The notes below the pieces were generated by a model, which saw nothing but the letters and a program-made list of their open reading frames with translations, was not told the origin of the DNA and ran no database searches. A stretch of DNA of 64,000 nucleotides from Deinococcales bacterium (GTDB lineage Bacteria; Deinococcota; Deinococci; Deinococcales; JAAFIG01): the NCBI GenBank assembly GCA_043778225.1, contig JAYWGM010000070.1, forward strand, positions 1 to 64,000, given 5' to 3'. The translations under genes and the position numbers were made by a program. Shown piece by piece: positions 57,977 to 64,000 of this stretch; within the stretch, counting starts at the first letter, position 1, and the number at the start of each line of letters is the position of its first letter.

Positions 57977-58882
57977 CTACCTTTTCAAACGAGTCCAAAC
58001 CTTGTCCCGCAGAGCGATATTGGCACTCGAGCAGAGTTTATTGGCACGGAAACGATTGGTCAGGTTGGCTGGTGTGTTGACCGCAGGGTCAGTTTTTAAG
58101 GCAGCGTCAAAGAATTTATCTGCGCCTTTAATGCTGTTGTTGTAGCCCGTGAAATTGCTGGCAATTGCAATGGCTTCTGGGGTCATCATCCAGTTGATAA
58201 ATTTGATCGCTTCGGCTTTGTTCTTGGAAGATTTTGGCACGGCGAAATTATCATTCCAGAAAGGAATTCCTTCTCGAGGGTACACAAACACACCAGTTTT
58301 GAGTTTTTCTTTGGTGCGATGGGCTGCGCCATTCCATTGGTGGTGCATAATCACTTCGCCAGCCTGCATCCGCTCGATTGTACCGTCAGAATTATAAGCT
58401 GCCAAAAACGGTTTTTGTTTCTCGAGCAGCGCTAAGACCCGTTCGCCATTGGAAGCAACCGTGGTGCATTGGTCTATTTTGAGGTAAATTGTGGCAGCGT
58501 TCCACAATTCGGTCGGGTCGTTCAGTGCCACAATTTGCCCACGTAAGGCTTCGGGTGGTTCAAAAAACGATTTCCAAGAATCATCGAGTTTGCCGCCCGA
58601 AACTCGAGCCGAATCGTAAGTAAAGCCAGTCACGCCCCACATATACGGGGCGCTGTAGACTCGAGCCGCATCGAATGGTGGTTTAGCCGAGAAGCCTTGT
58701 ACATTCTTCCAATTGGATAATTTTGTGGCAAAAATTGGCTCGAGAATTTTCTCGTCAATCATGATTTTAACCATGTAATCGGACGGCACAATGATGTCAT
58801 AACCCGTTGCCCCAGCTTGAAGTTTTGCCAGCAGGGATTCGTTAGAATCGTAAACATCCAAATTAACCCGCACACCAGTATG
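57977..58882 (-). pseudogene. potD: Polyamine ABC substrate-binding protein lacking its N-terminus
   Basis: TGVRVNLDVYDSNE..YDIIVPSDYMV..PYMWG; no signal peptide or NW motif, and upstream DNA is potB. Confidence 0.8.
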
Positions 58883-59025
58883 TATTGCCCCCATTTCACG
58901 CCACCAAATTGCCCCGGCTCGAGCCATGACATCAAACCCATTAAAAGCATTGGTAAAACCATAAAAACCAAAATCAGAAGTCCAGCAGGGGAGAGCAGCG
59001 CCCAGCGCCCAAGGTTATTTTTCAT
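58883..59025 (-). pseudogene. potB: N-terminal fragment of polyamine ABC permease
   Basis: [48 protein letters not shown], then out-of-frame potD sequence. Confidence 0.75.
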
Positions 59026-60145
59026 TTTTGTCCTCGAGTATTCCCAATGCCTCGGATGGTTCGTGCGTTCCCAATGCCTCGGATGGTTCAAGTATCCGCA
59101 CCGCATCGGCTGGAATCAGCAATTGAACAGTTTCGCCAAGGCTAACCATTTTGGCTGCTCCACCCGAATTTTGCATTCGCACCTTAAAAACCTCAGATGC
59201 CAACTCGAGGTAGACCACAGTATCCGTGCCAACATAGACCACTTCGCGTACCTTGGCAGTTAAGCCCCTGCCTTCTCGAGCAATTAAAGCTCGTTCTGGA
59301 CGCACTGCCACATCCACACTTGAGCCAAATGTTCGGTTGTGCTGGGTCTCGAGCAATTGACCGTCTGATAAACGTAAGCCGTTTGTTTGTGCAATACCAG
59401 TTAAGAAATTGGTTTCGCCAATAAAATCTGCCACATAGCGGGTGCGCGGAAAATCATAAATTTCGGTCGGTGTACCAATTTGCTCGAGTTTGCCGTTTTT
59501 CATGACCGCAATTCGGTCAGACATGGTTAAAGCCTCTTCTTGGTCGTGGGTCACGAACACAAAAGTAATGCCAGTTTCGAGTTGTAAGCGCTTGAGTTCT
59601 AGCTGCATTTCTTTGCGTAACTTGGCATCCAAAGCCGAAAGCGATTCATCGAGCAAAAGCACTTTGGGACGATTTGCCAAGGCTCGAGCCAATGCCACAC
59701 GCTGTTGCTGCCCTCCCGAGAGTTGAGCAGGCTTACGCGCTCCCAAGTCCTTTAATTGCACCAATTCAAGCATTCCAGAGACAATTTTTTGCGTCTCCAG
59801 CTTAGAAAAACGCTGCATCTCGAGACCAAAGGCGATATTTTGCGCCACACTCATGTGTGGAAAAAGTGCGTAGCTCTGAAAAACCGTGTTCACAGGGCGC
59901 TTAAATGGCGGTAAACCCTCGAGCCTCTGCCCATACAGACTTATCGAACCGTTGGTGGGTTGTTCAAAACCAGCAATTAAACGCAGCAGCGTGGTTTTGC
60001 CACAGCCACTTGGTCCAAGCAAGGTAAAAAATTCGTTAGAATCAATCTCGAGACTGACCCCAGCCAAGGCAGTGACCGCATCTGCACCCGTACCGAAAAC
60101 CATTCCGATATTGTCAATCACAATGGCGCTTCGAGAAGAGGTCAT
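59015..60145 (-). CDS. potA: Polyamine ABC transporter ATP-binding protein
   Basis: [40 protein letters not shown]. Confidence 0.92.
   Translation of the reverse strand: MTSSRSAIVIDNIGMVFGTGADAVTALAGVSLEIDSNEFFTLLGPSGCGKTTLLRLIAGFEQPTNGSISLYGQRLEGLPPFKRPVNTVFQSYALFPHMSVAQNIAFGLEMQRFSKLETQKIVSGMLELVQLKDLGARKPAQLSGGQQQRVALARALANRPKVLLLDESLSALDAKLRKEMQLELKRLQLETGITFVFVTHDQEEALTMSDRIAVMKNGKLEQIGTPTEIYDFPRTRYVADFIGETNFLTGIAQTNGLRLSDGQLLETQHNRTFGSSVDVAVRPERALIAREGRGLTAKVREVVYVGTDTVVYLELASEVFKVRMQNSGGAAKMVSLGETVQLLIPADAVRILEPSEALGTHEPSEALGILEDKNEK
59041..59089. repeat. 22-bp direct repeat (27-bp period) in the potA 3' end
   Basis: TTCCCAATGCCTCGGATGGTTC at 59041 and 59068, encoding EPSEALG twice. 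Confidence 0.9.
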
Positions 60146-60273
60146 CTTGGGCAGGAGTTCTAACCTAAAAAAGTTTAGGAATGGGCAGCAAAATCCACAT
60201 TTTTTGGAGGGTCTTGAAGTTCATTATTAAAATTTCGAGGTGAAATTCAAATCCATCCGTTATAATCAGCCAC

Positions 60274-61398
60274 ATGATTGCTTTCCTTCAAGAAATTCTG
60301 CGGCTCGAGAGTCGAACTGGTTCTGAGGCTGCTTTGGCGGCTCGAGTGGTTTCTGAAATGCAGCATCGTTCTTTTGATGCTGCTTGGATTGATTCAACTG
60401 GTAATGCGCTTGGTTTGGTGCGTGGTTCGGAACGTGGTGCGGCTACGATGCTTTTAACGCATCTTGATCATATTGATGTTGGTGATACAACCCTGTGGGC
60501 GCATCCGCCTTTTGCGGGTGTTCTCGAGGCTGGGGTGCTGCATGGGCGTGGTGCAGTGGACATTAAAGGTCCGTTAGCAGCACAACTTTTTGCGTTGGCT
60601 GGGTTGCTCGAGCAGGGTTTACGTCCTAAGCACGATGTGCTGCTGGCGATTCCTGTGGAAGAAGAAACGGGTGGGCGTGGCATGGCGGAACTGATGGCAA
60701 ACTTGCCAGTTAAAACTCCTTTTGGGTTGCTCGATCTCGGGGCGTGCGTGGTTGGTGAACCAAGTGGCAATAAGGTCATGCTTGGGCATCGTGGGGGGTG
60801 TCGTTGTACAGTGCGTTTTCATGGACGGGCGCATCATGCCAGTCTGGCTTTGCATAGCGAAAATCCGCATTTTGCTTTGGCAGTGTTTTTAGAGCGGTTG
60901 CGGCTCGAGAAGTTGTCAAGTCATGCCATTCTTGGGCGTTCGAGTATTTCGCCAACCATGATTCATGCCGATACGAGCAGCAATAATCTTACGCCGAACA
61001 CAATTACTTTAACGCTGGATTGGCGTACCACTTCAGAAGATGGCGCGGAGGTCAGGCGTATTCTCGAGCAATTACTCGAGGGTTTACCAGCTTCTTTTGT
61101 TTCGTTTAACGATTGGGAGGGTGGTGTGGATGGAGTCAAGTTTCCTGGTTTTATCACCGAACCGAATCATAATTTGGTAACGGCGATTCATGAGGCTCGA
61201 GATTCGCTGCTTGGCACGTCCGAGACGGGTATTTGGCAATTTGCCACTGATGGGCGTTGGGCGCATAAAGTTGGAATTCCTTGTGTTGGTTTTGGACCGG
61301 GCGCAGAAGAATTGGCGCACACCACCCAAGAACGCATCGAAGTTGAACAACTTTTGCAACACGTCAAAGTGCTGCAAAAGTTTCTGCTCGAGTATTAA
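60274..61398 (+). CDS. M20 family metallopeptidase/deacylase (ArgE/DapE-like)
   Basis: THLDH, GRGAVDIKG, EEETGG, GEP, FGPG..AH. Confidence 0.88.
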   Translation: MIAFLQEILRLESRTGSEAALAARVVSEMQHRSFDAAWIDSTGNALGLVRGSERGAATMLLTHLDHIDVGDTTLWAHPPFAGVLEAGVLHGRGAVDIKGPLAAQLFALAGLLEQGLRPKHDVLLAIPVEEETGGRGMAELMANLPVKTPFGLLDLGACVVGEPSGNKVMLGHRGGCRCTVRFHGRAHHASLALHSENPHFALAVFLERLRLEKLSSHAILGRSSISPTMIHADTSSNNLTPNTITLTLDWRTTSEDGAEVRRILEQLLEGLPASFVSFNDWEGGVDGVKFPGFITEPNHNLVTAIHEARDSLLGTSETGIWQFATDGRWAHKVGIPCVGFGPGAEELAHTTQERIEVEQLLQHVKVLQKFLLEY

Positions 61399-61403
61399 AA
61401 GTC

Positions 61404-62498
61404 CTAAGTCTGTGTCCAAGATTTGCGTTGTTGCTGCGTGTATTCTGCCGTTCGGCGCACTTCTTGGCTTGGGTCTTGGCTGAGTTGTCCAAGGATTTTA
61501 TCCGAAACTGCCCCGACATACGCCACTTGGTAACGAACATCTTCGTGTGGGTCGTTTGCCAGTCGCTCGAGAACCCACTCTGGCAATTTGCTGCTTCGGG
61601 CATAAGCCAAGGCACGCCTTATATCTGGATTGGTGTCTTGCAGTAGAATCTCAAAAATAGCCTTGGTTTGGTCTTCGCGGCGGGCAATAGACAAGCGTAT
61701 TTGGTCTATTGGGTCATTGGCAAATTTTGCCATCAAGGTTAAAGGGAGTTCATGATGCTCGGCTAAGGTTTGGCGTATTTTTTCGTCGGAATCAGCTACC
61801 AATTGACCATGAAATTCTTTAACCCAGATAAAAAGTTCGGCAATTTTCAGGCGAACTTCGGGGGCAGGGTCTTGAGTTAAAGCCAAAAGCAATGTAACTT
61901 CGCCGCGTCGTCGCAGGTTATCCACACTCGAGGCACGCACGGCTGCTGCTGGGTCAGTGGCTAGAATTCGCAGTTCTTTGGTTGGTACATTGGCATTGCA
62001 GGCGACCATATCCCGCACAGGGCTTTCTGGGTCGTAAGCCAGTTGCTCGAGTACCACCACTGGACAGGCATGACTCATGGCGACTGCCGAACGAACATAG
62101 GTTTCTAAATCTTGGCTGAGCAAGGTAAAAATGGCATCTGAACAAAGTGCATGGTTGGTCACGGCTTGGCGCACCTCAGCATCTGGATGCTTTGCCAGTT
62201 GCTCGAGCAGTTGCACGGGTGTGTTACGGCTTTGGGCAACAGCTAGACAAACCGAAAACTGTTTGTGTTTAGCCAATTTCTCGAGAATGGTTACACTGAC
62301 ATTTGGGTTCAGTGCCACGGCTTTGAGGATTGTCCATTTGCCATGCCCACTTAAATACTCGAGTGCCGCAACAGGCGCGTTGGGATGACTTGCTACAGCG
62401 TACTGCACCGTTGGGTCTGGAGTTTTGGCTAACTCGAGCAACCGCGCTGCAAGGGTTTTTCTGTTTTTGGCTTCTTTTTTAAGGGCAGCAATATCCAT
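61404..62498 (-). CDS. Leucine-rich-variant/HEAT repeat protein
   Basis: ~24-aa repeats LEQLAxDPxxxVRxAVAxNP. Confidence 0.8.
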   Translation of the reverse strand: MDIAALKKEAKNRKTLAARLLELAKTPDPTVQYAVASHPNAPVAALEYLSGHGKWTILKAVALNPNVSVTILEKLAKHKQFSVCLAVAQSRNTPVQLLEQLAKHPDAEVRQAVTNHALCSDAIFTLLSQDLETYVRSAVAMSHACPVVVLEQLAYDPESPVRDMVACNANVPTKELRILATDPAAAVRASSVDNLRRRGEVTLLLALTQDPAPEVRLKIAELFIWVKEFHGQLVADSDEKIRQTLAEHHELPLTLMAKFANDPIDQIRLSIARREDQTKAIFEILLQDTNPDIRRALAYARSSKLPEWVLERLANDPHEDVRYQVAYVGAVSDKILGQLSQDPSQEVRRTAEYTQQQRKSWTQT

Positions 62499-62514
62499 AG
62501 CTAAAATTCTAGCA

Positions 62515-62961
62515 TCAAAAACCAAATGCCTCGAGAACCACGGATGGAATTCGTTTTGGTCGGCTGGTGATTGGGTCTATCCAAACCCAGTTGGTTTTGA
62601 TTTGCACCAGCAGCGCATTATCCTCGAGTCGCCGCATTTCGTGGTAACGCACGGCTCTAAAACCCGCGCATTCGGCTGTCCAAGTGGTGTCCTCGAGTGT
62701 ATCGCCCAGCACCGCCGATTTGTGGTATTTGATGATGTGACCATGAACCACTGGCACAATCCCAAGGCTTTTCATTTTGTTAAATGCCATGCCTAGCCGC
62801 GCCGAATGAATAATCGCAGCCGTATCAGCATAGCGCAAGTACACACTGTTATTGACGTGTTCGAGTTCGTCTATATCGGCAGCTGCCACAATAAAGTCTT
62901 GTTTATGAAACCGACGCTCACTCAGGGTCGGGTCAAAGTCTTGGAATACGAATTCGGGCAT
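62515..62961 (-). CDS. Acyl-CoA thioesterase (4HBT family)
   Basis: DIDELEHVNNSVYL, IKYHKSA..GD. Confidence 0.88.
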   Translation of the reverse strand: MPEFVFQDFDPTLSERRFHKQDFIVAAADIDELEHVNNSVYLRYADTAAIIHSARLGMAFNKMKSLGIVPVVHGHIIKYHKSAVLGDTLEDTTWTAECAGFRAVRYHEMRRLEDNALLVQIKTNWVWIDPITSRPKRIPSVVLEAFGF

Positions 62962-62977
62962 TCTAGGCAGTCTAGCA

Positions 62978-63160
62978 TCATGAGCGGGTATGCTTGCGGT
63001 ACGCTGATGGCGATGTACCACAGGCTTGTTCAAAGGCGGCATAAAAGCGGCTGGCAGAACCAAAACCAGATTCAAAAGCAATCTCGAGGATGCTTTGCTT
63101 GGTTGTGACCAACAAACGCTGGGCATGGGCAAGGCGGTGCTGGGTCAGGTACTCGAGTAT
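62978..63160 (-). pseudogene. C-terminal fragment of an AraC-family regulator
   Basis: LEYLTQHRLAHAQRLL..ILEIAFESGFGSASRFY..SPSAYR; first HTH and sensor domain absent. Confidence 0.8.
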
Positions 63161-63248
63161 CGCCTGCCTGAGAATACAGGACAAAAACAGTATTTTTCGG
63201 GATGTTTTTATTGTTTTGTTGCGCTAGATTATTCCTAAGGAGAAAATC

Positions 63249-64000
63249 ATGTCATCCATGCCAGAAGTCTCAAACCCAGATGTTCGTGTTGTTCATGTGC
63301 CACCAATGCCCGTACCAACCGAGCAGCGCAGCCAATTTCATTTATCGCCAGAACAAATCCAGTTCTTTGACGATAACGGTTATTTGGTTTTGCGCGGCTT
63401 GATTAGCGGGCAGTTACTCGAGCGTTTACAAGCCGCAGGTTCGGGCTGGATTGAACGTGGACTCGAGACAACCCCACAAGACCCACACTACACCGATTAT
63501 CAATTTGCCAAGCGCAGCTACGGACAAGTCTTTTACCGCGTAGACTACTTACACAATAAATCCGAAGTGGCTTCGCTCGAGTTGCTTGGTTGCCCCCAAG
63601 TGCTGGGGATTGCCGAAAGCCTTTGTGGTCAAAATTTTGTGCCAACTTACGAGAGCATGGTTTTTAAGCAAGCTGGCGATGGTGAGCAAATTCCTTGGCA
63701 TCAGGACGCGGTACATCCACGGCAGTACCGTGTTTTTAACTTGGATTTATATTTGGATCGCTCGAGTATTGATGGTGGTGCATTGCGGGTTGTTCCGGGG
63801 ACACAGAATAAAATTCTTGATATTTGTGAAATTCAAGACCGCTTTGGTTGGGATGCGCCAAGTGTGATTCAAGTCGAGATGCAACCCGGCGATGTATTGC
63901 TGCACGATGTCATGGTGCTTCATGGCTCTGAACGTACCCAAGGACAAGCGTTGCGGCGCACGATTTACTATGAATTTCGAGCCGCTGAAGAAATTCTTGC
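63249..64000 (+). CDS. Phytanoyl-CoA dioxygenase family (Fe/2OG) protein, runs off the window end
   Basis: My translation: FFDDNGYLVL, PWHQD, GALRVVPGT, PGDVLLHD..LHGS; AAGGAG SD. Confidence 0.88.
   Translation, partial: MSSMPEVSNPDVRVVHVPPMPVPTEQRSQFHLSPEQIQFFDDNGYLVLRGLISGQLLERLQAAGSGWIERGLETTPQDPHYTDYQFAKRSYGQVFYRVDYLHNKSEVASLELLGCPQVLGIAESLCGQNFVPTYESMVFKQAGDGEQIPWHQDAVHPRQYRVFNLDLYLDRSSIDGGALRVVPGTQNKILDICEIQDRFGWDAPSVIQVEMQPGDVLLHDVMVLHGSERTQGQALRRTIYYEFRAAEEIL

Noticed and set aside
1..64000. CTCGAG excess as an XhoI cloning artefact
   Set aside because: Sites sit inside continuous, intact ORFs in all frames with no chimeric breaks, apart from the AraC junction flagged above

Overview
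A 64-kb chromosomal segment, probably from a Deinococcota (Deinococcales-like) bacterium. The assignment rests on the gene set (mqnD, rex behind TPR/SPOR genes, recF-DUF721, mutS2, DUF1844-dtd) and on many apparently leaderless genes with a TANNNT -10 box 5-8 nt before the ATG. About 58 coding regions cover housekeeping, carbohydrate, pyrimidine and polyamine metabolism, alkylation repair and three PIN-family toxin-antitoxin modules. I found no rRNA, tRNA, CRISPR array, integrase or transposase. The most unusual signal is the palindrome CTCGAG, which is iterated throughout: a hand count gives about 48 copies in the first 7 kb against about 2 expected by chance, and it occurs in all three reading frames, like cyanobacterial HIP1. 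Four observations tie to it. (1) Three perfect DnaA boxes are interleaved with three CTCGAG sites inside a coding sequence (24080-24137). (2) An AraC gene is truncated at or next to a CTCGAG. (3) CTCGAG is fused into -10 boxes and a terminator stem. (4) An AT-richer VWA gene lacks the motif entirely. Other oddities are a deletion fusing potB to potD, an amber-interrupted EamA gene, two GTAG-type REP elements, a 121-bp MITE-like element between two gene fragments, and an intergenic octamer repeat family.
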